NCBI GenBank assembly: GCA_037128715.1
Contig: JBAXVT010000001.1
Span: forward strand, 5,075 to 69,074
Source: Actinomycetes bacterium
Lineage (GTDB): Bacteria; Actinomycetota; Actinomycetes; Nanopelagicales; Nanopelagicaceae
Reading direction: 5' to 3'
Length of the DNA stretch: 64,000 nt
Every line of letters begins with the position of its first letter. Position 1 is the stretch's first letter. A program made the position numbers and the translations under genes. The notes beneath the pieces were generated by a model. The model made no database searches. It saw only the letters and a list, made by a program, of their open reading frames with translations, and was not told the DNA's origin. Shown piece after piece: positions 11,102-21,245 of the stretch.

Positions 11102-11931
11102 GCGACTCTCTACTGAAACTTATTGAACTAGCGATTGCCGAAGATTTGGATGGCGGAGTTGATATAACTTCCCATGCAACTATCCCCGCGGATCAAGAGA
11201 GCGTGGCAGAATTCGTCAACCGACAACCGGGAGTTGTCGCGGGAACCTCTGTTGCGATTGCAGTCCTTAACTATGTAGGTATATCAAATGTCTCACTCAA
11301 AGTTACAGATGGTCAGTTTGTTCCGACGGGAACTGTCATCCTAGAAGCGCGGGGAAATACCCGAGGACTCTTATTGGCCGAGCGCACAGCGCTCAATTTT
11401 TTAACACACCTAAGCGGAATCGCGACTCTAACTCGGAGCTGGGTTGAGGCCATCTCCGGAACTAATTGCCAGATTCGAGATACTCGCAAAACTACGCCGG
11501 GATGGAGAGTGTTGGAGAAGGCCGCAGTCAAGGCGGGCGGAGGTACTAACCATCGCCTCTCCCTTTCTGATGCAGCGCTAATAAAAGATAATCACATTGT
11601 TGCTGCTGGCGGTGTCTTGGCTGCTTTTGAACTCGTCCGCCAGAAATTTCCAGATAAAGAGATCGAAGTAGAAGTAGATGACTTTCGACAATTACATGAA
11701 GTATTGCAGGGCAATCCAGATCTGATTTTGCTCGACAATATGTCACCTGAACTTTGCCGAGAGGCCGTAGCCATAGTTGCAGGCAAAGTGAAACTAGAAG
11801 CTTCTGGTGGAATTACATTGGACAATGCGCTGAAATATGCGCAGAGCGGTGTCGATTACATCGCAGTAGGTGCGCTGACCCACTCGGCTAAGGCGCTGGA
11901 TATTGGCCTCGACCTAAGGATGGGAATGTAA
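11098..11931 (+). CDS. nadC: Nicotinate-nucleotide pyrophosphorylase (carboxylating)
   Basis: Motifs DTRKTTPGWR, KAGGGTNHR and LIKDNH, with an ATGA overlap with nadB. Confidence 0.93.
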   Translation: MSDSLLKLIELAIAEDLDGGVDITSHATIPADQESVAEFVNRQPGVVAGTSVAIAVLNYVGISNVSLKVTDGQFVPTGTVILEARGNTRGLLLAERTALNFLTHLSGIATLTRSWVEAISGTNCQIRDTRKTTPGWRVLEKAAVKAGGGTNHRLSLSDAALIKDNHIVAAGGVLAAFELVRQKFPDKEIEVEVDDFRQLHEVLQGNPDLILLDNMSPELCREAVAIVAGKVKLEASGGITLDNALKYAQSGVDYIAVGALTHSAKALDIGLDLRMGM

Positions 11932-12720
11932 ATGCTCCTCACCATTGATGTAGGAAATACCAACACGGTACTAGGCGCCTTTGATGGCGATAAATTGATT
12001 CGTTCGTGGCGCGTGAAGACCGATCCGCGCGACACCGCCGATGAATTATGGCTGCAGTATCGCGCCCTTCTCGATGGAATCAATATTGATGGGCTCTCTA
12101 TCTGCTCCACGGTTCCAGCAACGCTGCGCGAACTGCGCAACATGATTGCACGCTACTTCAGCGAGATCCCGGTCACGATTGTAGAACCTGGGATTAAAAC
12201 CGGCGTTCCTTTGCTCGTTGATAATCCCAAAGAGATTGGCGCAGATCGCATCGTTAACACTCTGGCCGCTCATACGCTCTTTGGCTCTGCCGGGCCTTGC
12301 ATTGTGGTCGACTTTGGAACTTCAACGAATCTCGATGTCGTCTCTCCCAAGGGCGAATTTCTTGGAGGAGCTTTGGCGCCCGGCATTGAGATCTCGGTTG
12401 ATGCTTTAGCGGCGCGCGCCGCCCAACTTCGTAAAGTTGAGCTCATTAAACCCAAATCCGTAATCGGTAAGAACACCGTTGAAGCGCTGCAATCGGGAAC
12501 AATTTATGGCTTTGCGGGTCAAGTTGATGGCCTCGTAACTCGAATTATCGAAGAGCTGGAGATTCTCTATCCGCAGGCGGGTCGAACCACTGTAATCGCG
12601 ACTGGCGGGCTGGCTCCATTGGTGCTCGGCATCAGCGAGACTATTGATACACACGAGCCCGATCTGACTCTGCTGGGCTTGGCCATGGTTTTTGACCGAA
12701 ATTCAAGTGGCAATAACTAG
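11932..12720 (+). CDS. coaX: Type III pantothenate kinase
   Basis: N-terminal LLTIDVGNTNTVLG and 262 aa. It starts immediately after the nadC stop. Confidence 0.9.
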   Translation: MLLTIDVGNTNTVLGAFDGDKLIRSWRVKTDPRDTADELWLQYRALLDGINIDGLSICSTVPATLRELRNMIARYFSEIPVTIVEPGIKTGVPLLVDNPKEIGADRIVNTLAAHTLFGSAGPCIVVDFGTSTNLDVVSPKGEFLGGALAPGIEISVDALAARAAQLRKVELIKPKSVIGKNTVEALQSGTIYGFAGQVDGLVTRIIEELEILYPQAGRTTVIATGGLAPLVLGISETIDTHEPDLTLLGLAMVFDRNSSGNN

Positions 12721-12740
12721 CAAGGTAGACTCCTCGGATT

Positions 12741-14240
12741 ATGAATGAGCCGATTATTGAAGATGACCTACCGGAGCAATTGCGGATTCGGCGCGAGAAG
12801 CGCGCTGCGATTTTGGCTCGTGGTGGGGAGGCCTACCCAGTAGCCGTTCCGCGCACCGCCTCACTTAAAGAGATTCGGGAGCGTCATGCCGGTCTGGAGA
12901 TTGATGTAGCGACAGGAATTGTTGAGAGCCTCTCTGGACGCGTTATCTTCAAACGCGACACCGGAAAGCTCTGCTTTGCAACGCTGCGCGAAGGTGATGG
13001 CACCGAATTACAAGCGATGTTCTCGCTCGACAAAGTTGGCGCTGAAGTTTTGGATCAATGGAAGAGTGATATTGATATCGGCGACCTTGTCAGTGTCACC
13101 GGAGAGATCATCACTTCTAAGCGCGGTGAGTTATCGATCCTTGCTAGCTCATACCAACTGGCCGCAAAATCTCTGCGTCCGCTTCCCGTTGAGCACAAGC
13201 CGCTCTCGGAAGAGACGAGAGTGCGAATGCGTTATGTCGATCTGATCGTCCGCCCGGAAGCGCGTTTTAATGCACGTCTGCGCCCCCAGGTGATGAAATC
13301 TCTACGTGAATCATTTGGAACCCGTGACTTCATTGAAGTTGAAACTCCAATGTTGCAAGTGATGCACGGCGGAGCAACCGCTCGGCCATTCAAGACTCGT
13401 AGCAATGCCTACGATATGGATCTCTTCTTGCGTATCGCCCCTGAACTCTTCCTCAAGCGTTGCGTTGTTGGCGGCTTAGAGCGGGTCTTTGAAATTAACC
13501 GCAATTTTAGAAATGAAGGGGCAGATTCAAGCCATTCTCCCGAGTTTGTCATGATCGAGGCTTATCAGTCCTATGGGGATTGGGATTCGATCGCAGAACT
13601 CACTCGCAATTTAGTACAAGAGTCGGCAATGGCGGTATTCGGCTCTCACGTTGTTACTCACGCTGACGGTCGCGAGTTAGATCTCGGTGGAAGTTGGCGC
13701 GAGGCGAATCTCTTCGATCTCATCTCCGAAGGTGTCGGTGAAGTTGTTACACCCCAAGCTTCACTGGATGAACTTAAGAAAATTGCCACGAAATTGGGAA
13801 TGAAGGTTGATCCCAAGTGGGTTACAGGGAAACTAGCCGAAGAGATCTTCGAGCATGTATCTGCTGGCAAACTCAACGAACCAATCTTTGTCCGTGGTTA
13901 TCCCGTAGATACTTCGCCGCTAGTCCGCGCGCACCGTACAACCCCTGGCTTGGTGGAGAAGTGGGATCTCTACATTGAAGGTTTCGAGTTGGCCACTGGC
14001 TATTCCGAGTTAATTGATCCCGTTATCCAGCGTGATCGTCTGATTGAACAGGCGGCGCTGGGCGCCAAGGGAGATGTCGAGGCGATGAACCTTGATGAAG
14101 ACTTCTTGCGTGCGATGGAATATGGAATTCCACCCATGGGTGGAATGGGAATGGGAGTCGATCGACTTCTGATGGCGCTGACGGGCCTGGGAATTCGCGA
14201 AACCATTCTCTTCCCACTCGTTAAGCCGGAGGAACAGTGA
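12741..14240 (+). CDS. lysS: Lysine--tRNA ligase (class II)
   Basis: Class II motifs FRNEGADSSHSPEF and GMGMGVDRL, with an OB-fold N-domain. Confidence 0.96.
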   Translation: MNEPIIEDDLPEQLRIRREKRAAILARGGEAYPVAVPRTASLKEIRERHAGLEIDVATGIVESLSGRVIFKRDTGKLCFATLREGDGTELQAMFSLDKVGAEVLDQWKSDIDIGDLVSVTGEIITSKRGELSILASSYQLAAKSLRPLPVEHKPLSEETRVRMRYVDLIVRPEARFNARLRPQVMKSLRESFGTRDFIEVETPMLQVMHGGATARPFKTRSNAYDMDLFLRIAPELFLKRCVVGGLERVFEINRNFRNEGADSSHSPEFVMIEAYQSYGDWDSIAELTRNLVQESAMAVFGSHVVTHADGRELDLGGSWREANLFDLISEGVGEVVTPQASLDELKKIATKLGMKVDPKWVTGKLAEEIFEHVSAGKLNEPIFVRGYPVDTSPLVRAHRTTPGLVEKWDLYIEGFELATGYSELIDPVIQRDRLIEQAALGAKGDVEAMNLDEDFLRAMEYGIPPMGGMGMGVDRLLMALTGLGIRETILFPLVKPEEQ

Positions 14241-14734
14241 CCCTCATCATTCGCCCGGCGCGCACCTCAGATGTTAAGGCTATTCATTCGATCATCGATG
14301 CTTATGTTCTAGGTCGACGCCTCCTGGCTAAAGAGACAGTCACGCTGTACGAAACTGTCCAAGAGTTCACCGTTGCAGAATTCGAGGGGGAAGTAGTTGG
14401 GTGCGGAGCGCTGCACATCCTCTGGGAGGATCTCGCAGAAGTTCGTACCGTCGCTGTTCTAGAGAAGATGCGCGGCAAAGGGGTTGGCAATGCGATCATC
14501 TCCAATATCGTCGACCGGGCCCTGGTCCTAGGGGTGGCACGGATATTCTGTCTGACATTTGAGACGGATTTCTTCGGCAGAAATGGCTTCCAGGTTATCG
14601 AGGGCACCCCAGTAGACCATGAGGTCTATCAGCAGTTATTGCGCTCTTACGATGAAGGTATAGCCGAATTCCTGGATCTAGAGCGGGTCAAACCCAACAC
14701 CCTGGGAAATACCAGAATGCTGCGAATTCTCTAA
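14237..14734 (+). CDS. Single-domain GNAT amino-acid N-acetyltransferase (short ArgA-like)
   Basis: GNAT core RGKGVGNAII. From memory, its length and sequence closely resemble the short mycobacterial N-acetylglutamate synthase type (TLYETVQEF...VGCGALHILW...LTFETDFF...LGNTRML). GTGA overlap with lysS. Confidence 0.7.
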   Translation: MTLIIRPARTSDVKAIHSIIDAYVLGRRLLAKETVTLYETVQEFTVAEFEGEVVGCGALHILWEDLAEVRTVAVLEKMRGKGVGNAIISNIVDRALVLGVARIFCLTFETDFFGRNGFQVIEGTPVDHEVYQQLLRSYDEGIAEFLDLERVKPNTLGNTRMLRIL

Positions 14735-14816
14735 AATTCAGCTGCGCGGGCATAAATCTCAGCAAATCCGCGTTACAGGTAGGCTAATCCTAAGTAAGTA
14801 GAAAGAAGGTGCCCCC

Positions 14817-17318
14817 ATGTTTGAGCGCTTTACAGATAGAGCCCGCCGCGTTGTTGTTCTGGCGCAGGAAGAGGCTCGCATGCTCAATCACAATTACATC
14901 GGCACCGAGCACATTCTCTTGGGTCTTATCCACGAGGGTGAAGGCGTTGCTGCCAAGGGTCTCGAAGCCCTCGGTATCTCCCTGGAGGCGGTGCGCTCGC
15001 AAGTCGAAGAGATTATCGGCCAGGGTCAACAAGCCCCATCAGGCCATATTCCATTTACGCCACGCGCCAAGAAGGTTCTCGAACTTTCACTGCGCGAAGC
15101 GCTACAACTCGGTCATAACTACATTGGTACCGAACACATTCTCTTAGGTTTAATCCGCGAAGGCGAAGGCGTTGCTGCACAGGTTCTTGTAAAGCTCGGC
15201 GCTGATCTCAATCGCGTCCGTCAGCAAGTCATTCAGTTGCTCTCGGGTTACCAAGGTAAAGAGGCTGTTGCCCAAGGCGGTCCAGCTGAAGGCACGCCAA
15301 CCACTTCGTTGGTACTTGATCAATTTGGTCGCAACCTGACGCAGGCAGCGCGCGAAGGAAAGTTAGATCCGGTTATTGGTCGCGAGAAAGAGATCGAACG
15401 AGTGATGCAGGTTCTCTCGCGTCGCACCAAGAACAACCCAGTATTAATCGGTGAGCCTGGCGTCGGAAAGACTGCAATCGTGGAAGGACTTGCGCAAGCA
15501 ATTGTTAAGGGAGATATCCCAGAGACCTTGCGCGATAAGCAACTCTATTCACTCGATCTCGGCGCACTTGTTGCCGGTAGTCGCTACCGTGGAGATTTCG
15601 AAGAGCGCCTCAAGAAGGTACTCAAAGAGATCCGCACCCGCGGAGATATCGTGCTATTTATTGACGAGATTCACACCTTGGTTGGTGCTGGAGCTGCAGA
15701 AGGCGCCATCGATGCTGCCAGCATCTTGAAGCCAATGCTCGCTCGCGGCGAACTCCAGACCATCGGTGCCACCACCCTTGATGAGTATCGCAAGCATCTC
15801 GAGAAGGATGCTGCGCTAGAGCGCCGCTTCCAACCAATTCAAGTTGCTGAGCCAACACTGACTCACACCATCGAAATTCTCAAAGGTCTGCGCGATCGTT
15901 ACGAGACACATCACAAGGTTTCGATCTCTGACTCTGCAATTGTCGCTGCGGCGACCTTGGCAGATCGCTACATTTCAGATCGCTTCCTGCCAGATAAAGC
16001 TATTGATCTCATTGATGAAGCCGGTTCCAGACTTCGTATCCGTCGCATGACCGCTCCTCCAGAGCTCCGTGAATTCGATGAGAAGATCGCGCGCGCTCGT
16101 AAGGATAAAGAGTCGTCGATCGATGCCCAGGATTTCGAAAAGGCTGCATCGTTCCGCGATCATGAGAAGACCCTCATCGCCGAGAAGGTAGAACGAGAGA
16201 AGACTTGGAAGGCGGGCGATCTCGATGTCGTCGCTGTAGTCGATGAAGAGTTAATCGCAGAAGTTCTCTCACACTCAACTGGAATCCCAGTATTCAAGTT
16301 GACCGAGGAAGAGACTGCGCGTCTGCTTCGCATGGAAGATGAATTGCACCGTCGCGTGATCGGACAAGATCAAGCGATTCGCGCTCTCTCCCAAGCAATT
16401 CGTCGTACTCGTGCTGGCCTCAAAGATCCAAAGCGCCCTGGTGGCTCCTTTATTTTCGCCGGCCCTTCTGGCGTTGGTAAGACCGAGCTATCTCGTACCT
16501 TGGCCGCCTTCCTCTTTGGCGATCAAGACGCCTTGATCCAACTCGATATGTCTGAGTACTCCGAGAAGCACACCGCTTCCCGCCTCTTTGGTGCACCTCC
16601 TGGTTATGTCGGTTATGACGAAGGCGGACAGTTGACCGAGAAGGTACGTCGCAAGCCATTCTCTGTGGTTCTCTTTGATGAGATCGAGAAGGCTCACCCC
16701 GATATCTTCAACGCTCTATTACAGGTTCTGGAGGATGGTCGACTCACCGACTCCCAAGGTCGTGTCGTTGATTTCAAGAACACCGTCATCATCATGACCA
16801 CCAACCTTGGTACGCGCGACATCTCAAAGACAATGGGACTTGGATTCCATAACTCTGATGATGTTCTCGGAAATTACGAGCGTATGAAGCAGAAGGTAAG
16901 TGATGAACTCAAGACGCACTTCCGCCCTGAGTTCCTCAACCGTATTGATGACATCGTTGTCTTCCATCAATTGTCCGAGGACGAGATCGTTCAGATCGTT
17001 GATCTGATGATCGCCAACCTCGATGAGCGTCTGCGCGCGAAGGATATGGGTATCGAACTCACCTCTGCGGCTAAGGCACTCTTGGCGAAGCGTGGATATG
17101 ACCCAGTTCTTGGAGCACGTCCATTGCGCCGCACCATTCAGCGTGAGATCGAAGATGTTCTCTCTGAGAAGATTCTCTTTGGAGATGTGAAGCCAGGGGA
17201 GATCACCTTGGTCGATGTCGTGACCACTGATGATAAAGAGTCATTCACCTTCACCGGTGTTGTTAAGTCCACCATGCCAGATACACCTGGTGATTTGGCA
17301 GCAACGAGCTCTAACTAA
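14817..17318 (+). CDS. clpC: ATP-dependent Clp protease ATP-binding subunit ClpC (ClpC1 type)
   Basis: Duplicated Clp N-domain repeat [20 protein letters not shown], two AAA+ modules (GEPGVGKTA and GPSGVGKTE) and a UVR-like linker. Confidence 0.97.
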   Translation: MFERFTDRARRVVVLAQEEARMLNHNYIGTEHILLGLIHEGEGVAAKGLEALGISLEAVRSQVEEIIGQGQQAPSGHIPFTPRAKKVLELSLREALQLGHNYIGTEHILLGLIREGEGVAAQVLVKLGADLNRVRQQVIQLLSGYQGKEAVAQGGPAEGTPTTSLVLDQFGRNLTQAAREGKLDPVIGREKEIERVMQVLSRRTKNNPVLIGEPGVGKTAIVEGLAQAIVKGDIPETLRDKQLYSLDLGALVAGSRYRGDFEERLKKVLKEIRTRGDIVLFIDEIHTLVGAGAAEGAIDAASILKPMLARGELQTIGATTLDEYRKHLEKDAALERRFQPIQVAEPTLTHTIEILKGLRDRYETHHKVSISDSAIVAAATLADRYISDRFLPDKAIDLIDEAGSRLRIRRMTAPPELREFDEKIARARKDKESSIDAQDFEKAASFRDHEKTLIAEKVEREKTWKAGDLDVVAVVDEELIAEVLSHSTGIPVFKLTEEETARLLRMEDELHRRVIGQDQAIRALSQAIRRTRAGLKDPKRPGGSFIFAGPSGVGKTELSRTLAAFLFGDQDALIQLDMSEYSEKHTASRLFGAPPGYVGYDEGGQLTEKVRRKPFSVVLFDEIEKAHPDIFNALLQVLEDGRLTDSQGRVVDFKNTVIIMTTNLGTRDISKTMGLGFHNSDDVLGNYERMKQKVSDELKTHFRPEFLNRIDDIVVFHQLSEDEIVQIVDLMIANLDERLRAKDMGIELTSAAKALLAKRGYDPVLGARPLRRTIQREIEDVLSEKILFGDVKPGEITLVDVVTTDDKESFTFTGVVKSTMPDTPGDLAATSSN

Positions 17319-18154
17319 TTCGCTAATCGAAAACTTTTGCCGGTGGTCTCTATGAGGCCATCGGCAATAAGTGTTTTAAGGGCCTTCTCTATTTGAGAGT
17401 TGTCGTGCCACAATTTCATGAGTGCGATCTGCGATAACTTTTCGCTCTCGCGTAGCGCCTGCACGATGGTGCCACGGCATTGGCGATCGGTTCTGGCCCA
17501 GGCTTGCGACTTTCGAATTAATTCCGTCGGTGGGTAACCTGCCTTGCGCCAAGCACATTCGCGTCGCATGGGACAGGCCTCGCATACAGGGTTCTTAGAT
17601 GTGCAGACCAAGGCGCCAAATTCCATAGTGGCTGCCGCCCATTTGGCACCTTCGGCAGGGATCAATTCATAGCGCAGCCTGCGCTCTATCTGTGAGGAGG
17701 AGCGGGTTGGATGCTCGACTCCGTCAATGACGCGGGCAAAGAGTCGGCGAATATTCACATCTAGAACTAACTCTGGTTCATCGAAGGCGAAGGCGGATAT
17801 AGCCGCTGCCGTATATTCACCGACGCCAGGTAAGGCTCTCAAATCTTCTATCGCGCGCGGGACTTGGTTATTGAAATCCCGAGCAATAATTCCAGCCGAT
17901 TCGTATAAACGCAGTGCGCGGCGCGGATAACCCAATCGCCCCCAAGCGGTTATAACTTCAGATTTTTTTGCGAGGGAAAGGTCGAGCGCGGTCGGCCACT
18001 TGACCATCCACTGCTTCCAGATTGGAAGTACTCGATTGACTGGGGTCTGTTGCAACATAAATTCGCTCACCATTACGCCCCACGGTGTGGTGTTGCGCCA
18101 AGGAAGGTCGCGCTTGTTCTGATCAAACCAATCGAGAACGAGTTGTTGCTTCAC
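17315..18154 (-). CDS. mutY: A/G-specific adenine DNA glycosylase (MutY family, short C-terminal tail)
   Basis: HhH-GPD motif LPGVGEYTAAAI and a 4Fe-4S loop CTSKNPVCEACPMRRECAW. Only about 79 aa follow the cluster. Confidence 0.85.
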   Translation of the reverse strand: MKQQLVLDWFDQNKRDLPWRNTTPWGVMVSEFMLQQTPVNRVLPIWKQWMVKWPTALDLSLAKKSEVITAWGRLGYPRRALRLYESAGIIARDFNNQVPRAIEDLRALPGVGEYTAAAISAFAFDEPELVLDVNIRRLFARVIDGVEHPTRSSSQIERRLRYELIPAEGAKWAAATMEFGALVCTSKNPVCEACPMRRECAWRKAGYPPTELIRKSQAWARTDRQCRGTIVQALRESEKLSQIALMKLWHDNSQIEKALKTLIADGLIETTGKSFRLAN

Positions 18155-19524
18155 TCGTTGATCTTCACCTTGGCGATCGCTTGTTCGATCCGAGAGACTT
18201 CTAAAATTTCGATACCGGGAATCTTCAGATCGGAGCCAGCGGGAACCATGGCGCGCTTAAAGCCGAGGCGAGCGGCTTCGGCGATACGTTGTTGCACACC
18301 AGTGACCTTGCGAATCTCACCAGCTAATCCAACTTCGCCCACGGCAACTAAATCTGCGGGAAGCGCTAACCCTTTGGCGGCAGAGGCCACAGATAGTGCG
18401 ACAGCTAGATCGGCTGCAGGTTCAGTGATCTTCATTCCTCCCACGGTTGCAACATAAACATCGCGACCAGATAACCGGATGCCGGCTCGCAGTTCTAGTA
18501 CGGCAAGTGTCATAGCGGTACGCGGGTTATCTAATCCAGATGTTACGCGGCGCGCATTTCCAAAGTCGCGACCATCGGCTACTGGAATACCTACCAGGGA
18601 TTGAATCTCGGCGAGCAGCGGACGACGGCCTTCCAGGGCAACGGTTACACACGTGCCAGGCACTGGTTCAGAGTGACGGCTAGTGAAGAGACCGGTGAGA
18701 TCTGTTACTCCAACAATCCCGATATCAGACATATCAAAGCAGCCAACCTCGTCGGCAGCGCCGAAACGGTTCTTGGTTGCGCGAATAAGACGCAAGCGAG
18801 AGTGGCGTTCACCTTCAAAGTTTAAAACCACATCGACGAGGTGTTCAAGAATGCGGGGACCCGCAATCGATCCATCCTTTGTAACATGGCCGACCAATAT
18901 CAAGGTGATATTGCGCTCTTTGGTAATACGAATCAAGGCGGCGGCGATCTCTCGCACCTGAGTGATGCCACCAGGGGCGCCTTCGACGGCGCTACTAGAT
19001 ATGGTCTGAACCGAATCAATAATCAGGAGCTCTGGTTGCACCGCATCGAGATGGGCGATGATCGCGCCGAGGTCATTTTCGGCAGCTAACCAGAGGGATG
19101 GATCTATCGCCTTGAGGCGATCTGCCCGAACGCGTATTTGCGAAGCCGATTCTTCGCCGCTTACATAGAGGGCGCGCATCTGGGCGCGCGCAGATTCTGC
19201 AGCAACGGAGAGTAGCAATGTGGATTTTCCTACTCCGGGTTCTCCGGTGAGCAATATTGCGGCTCCTGGAACTAGGCCTCCGCCCAAAACCCGATCGAGT
19301 TCGCTGACCCCACTAGTTCGCGAACGTGCGCTCTCGATGCTTACTTCACCAATGGGAACCGCGGATTGCGAAACCGAACCTGCTACTAGAGAGAGTCGCT
19401 TTGGAGCGCCGATCTCTTCGACGCTTCCCCAGGCTTGGCATTCGCCGCAGCGTCCGACCCACTTTGTTGAAGTCCAGCCGCATTCGCTGCAGCGGAATGG
19501 ATCTTTAACCGGCGCTTTTGCCAT
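18151..19524 (-). CDS. radA: DNA repair protein RadA
   Basis: Zinc finger CSECGWTSTKWVGRCGECQAW, Walker A GEPGVGKST, the KNRFG motif and a Lon-like C-domain. Confidence 0.96.
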   Translation of the reverse strand: MAKAPVKDPFRCSECGWTSTKWVGRCGECQAWGSVEEIGAPKRLSLVAGSVSQSAVPIGEVSIESARSRTSGVSELDRVLGGGLVPGAAILLTGEPGVGKSTLLLSVAAESARAQMRALYVSGEESASQIRVRADRLKAIDPSLWLAAENDLGAIIAHLDAVQPELLIIDSVQTISSSAVEGAPGGITQVREIAAALIRITKERNITLILVGHVTKDGSIAGPRILEHLVDVVLNFEGERHSRLRLIRATKNRFGAADEVGCFDMSDIGIVGVTDLTGLFTSRHSEPVPGTCVTVALEGRRPLLAEIQSLVGIPVADGRDFGNARRVTSGLDNPRTAMTLAVLELRAGIRLSGRDVYVATVGGMKITEPAADLAVALSVASAAKGLALPADLVAVGEVGLAGEIRKVTGVQQRIAEAARLGFKRAMVPAGSDLKIPGIEILEVSRIEQAIAKVKINE

Positions 19525-19530
19525 GATGAT

Positions 19531-20349
19531 TTACTTCTGTGCGCCGATCGTGGCGGGATGGATGATGAAGAGTGGCAACTCGCGCTTCTTATTCTCTTTA
19601 GCAATCAGGGCAATTGCTTCAATTCGCGCATCGCAATGCTTCTTGAGTTCGGCATAGCCTGCTGCGCCCATAAGCGCAATCAATTCGTTGTTGTTAGAAA
19701 TGTAAACCGGTTCGCGACCCACATGAGCCTCGGTATTGGCTGTGCAATACCAGGCGAATTCTGCGCCCCCATCGCCCCAGGCTAACCGCTCGTACTCCCC
19801 GATTACCGTCACGGAAATCTCTTGCTCGCCAAATTCGCGCGTCTCGAAGGAGCGGCGAATTGGTAGCTGCCAGCAAACATCGGGCTTGGTCTCTACAAAA
19901 TGAATGTCTTCTTTCTGGGCCAGGTGGTGCAGGACGCAACCGAAACTTCCGGTGAACCCCGGCGCTTCATAACCCTTGCGATTGAGGAAGATGCAGGAAT
20001 CTTCTACCTTGCGCGTCTTGCGATCTCCATCGAGACCAACCTCAGATATTCGTAACTTACCCTTTGATTTCTTAGGTTGGGCTTCATCAAAGTATTGCCA
20101 CATCTCTGGAGTCAAGCGTTCGGCAACCTTTAAGGTGCGCTCTTCATCTTCGCCATCAGAGTAGTAAGCGCCATCGGAGCAACAACCAGCATCGGGCTTA
20201 TCTGCATCAATTCCGCAGCAGCCGGCACCGTAAATGCACTGCCAATAGGAGGTAAGCCAGGTCAGGTCGCAACGGAAGAGCTCCTCAGGTTTTGCGGGGT
20301 CGGCGAATTCCACGAAATCACGCGCAAATCCATCTTTAACTTCTGGCAT
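19531..20349 (-). CDS. Conserved-looking cysteine-rich hypothetical protein, first gene of the radA-mutY operon
   Basis: 272-aa ORF on the same strand, ending 6 nt upstream of the radA start. It carries a C-x10-C-x5-CC-x10-CC cluster (FRCDLTWLTSYWQCIYGAGCCGIDADKPDAGCC) and later CIFLN...GCVLH...KPDVCWQLP. I cannot assign it to a family with certainty. Confidence 0.6.
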   Translation of the reverse strand: MPEVKDGFARDFVEFADPAKPEELFRCDLTWLTSYWQCIYGAGCCGIDADKPDAGCCSDGAYYSDGEDEERTLKVAERLTPEMWQYFDEAQPKKSKGKLRISEVGLDGDRKTRKVEDSCIFLNRKGYEAPGFTGSFGCVLHHLAQKEDIHFVETKPDVCWQLPIRRSFETREFGEQEISVTVIGEYERLAWGDGGAEFAWYCTANTEAHVGREPVYISNNNELIALMGAAGYAELKKHCDARIEAIALIAKENKKRELPLFIIHPATIGAQK

Positions 20350-20432
20350 AGTGCGAGAGCCTACTAGTGCAATGCGACAGCAGCAGACCCACTATCGCCC
20401 CCTCGGTAGCGCCATTGGCTAGGCTAACTCCT

Positions 20433-21245
20433 GTGAATCAGATCGATCTTAAGAGCGCCCAGGTGGGTCTCATTGGCGTGGGCAATATGGGAGAAGCACT
20501 TCTGGTAGCCCTGCTGAAAGCGGGGGCTACTGCCAGCCATATCAATTTTGCAGTACGCCGGGCAGAGCGCAGCGCTGAGATAGTAGAGCGCTATGGAATC
20601 ACCCCTGCATCCATTGAAGAGATGGCTGCCACCAGCGATGTCTTAATGATCATTGTTAAGCCCCAAGATTTAGAGACCATCATGGAGAGAGTTGCTCCCA
20701 CGCGGAAAGCCGGCGCATTGGTTATCTCATTCCTGGCGGGAAAGAAGATCGCGACCTTGGAATCAGGGCTAGGACAACCCGCAGTTGCTCGCGTCATGCC
20801 CAACACTCCAACGCTCTTGGGTGCGGGAATGGCGATCGTCTCCTTTGGTAGCGCGGTTCGTCCTGACCAGAGAAATTTTGTTAATGATTTCCTGGCCGCT
20901 GCGGGAAAGAGCATCGAGGTTGAAGAACCATTGCAGGATGCTGCCACCGCCACCAGTGGATCTGGGCCGGCTTATTTCTTTGCCTTCGTCGAAGCGATGG
21001 TCGCTGGAGCCATGGATATGGGAATAGATGAGGCGACCGCAACTGCCTTAGTAATTCAAACCATTGTGGGAGCTGCCAAGATGTTAGATGAAACCGGAAA
21101 GAGTGCAACAACTTTGCGCGAAAATGTAACAAGCCCCAAGGGCGTCACCTACGAAGGTTTAAAAGTATTAGGTGAAGGAGACTTACAAGGGTTGGTTGTT
21201 CGAGCTATGAACGCGGCGGCCGACCGTTCGCGCGCAATGGCGTGA
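20433..21245 (+). CDS. proC: Pyrroline-5-carboxylate reductase
   Basis: NAD(P) fold VGLIGVGNMGEA near the N-terminus and SPKGVTYEGL near the C-terminus. The ORF is open from 20367. I chose the GTG at 20433 because of its distance to the Rossmann motif, so the start is uncertain. Confidence 0.88.
   Translation: MNQIDLKSAQVGLIGVGNMGEALLVALLKAGATASHINFAVRRAERSAEIVERYGITPASIEEMAATSDVLMIIVKPQDLETIMERVAPTRKAGALVISFLAGKKIATLESGLGQPAVARVMPNTPTLLGAGMAIVSFGSAVRPDQRNFVNDFLAAAGKSIEVEEPLQDAATATSGSGPAYFFAFVEAMVAGAMDMGIDEATATALVIQTIVGAAKMLDETGKSATTLRENVTSPKGVTYEGLKVLGEGDLQGLVVRAMNAAADRSRAMA

Noticed and set aside
14886-15179. About 70-nt near-duplicate DNA segments (14886-14954 and 15111-15179)
   Set aside because: They encode the two known repeats of the Clp N-terminal (Clp_R) domain of ClpC. 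They are not a mobile or regulatory repeat.
18050-19657. Several 60-145-aa plus-strand ORFs (18050..18457, 18683..18961, 19220..19657 and others)
   Set aside because: All are antisense to mutY and radA, whose motifs are unambiguous. They are Pro/Arg/Ser-rich shadow frames with no start context.
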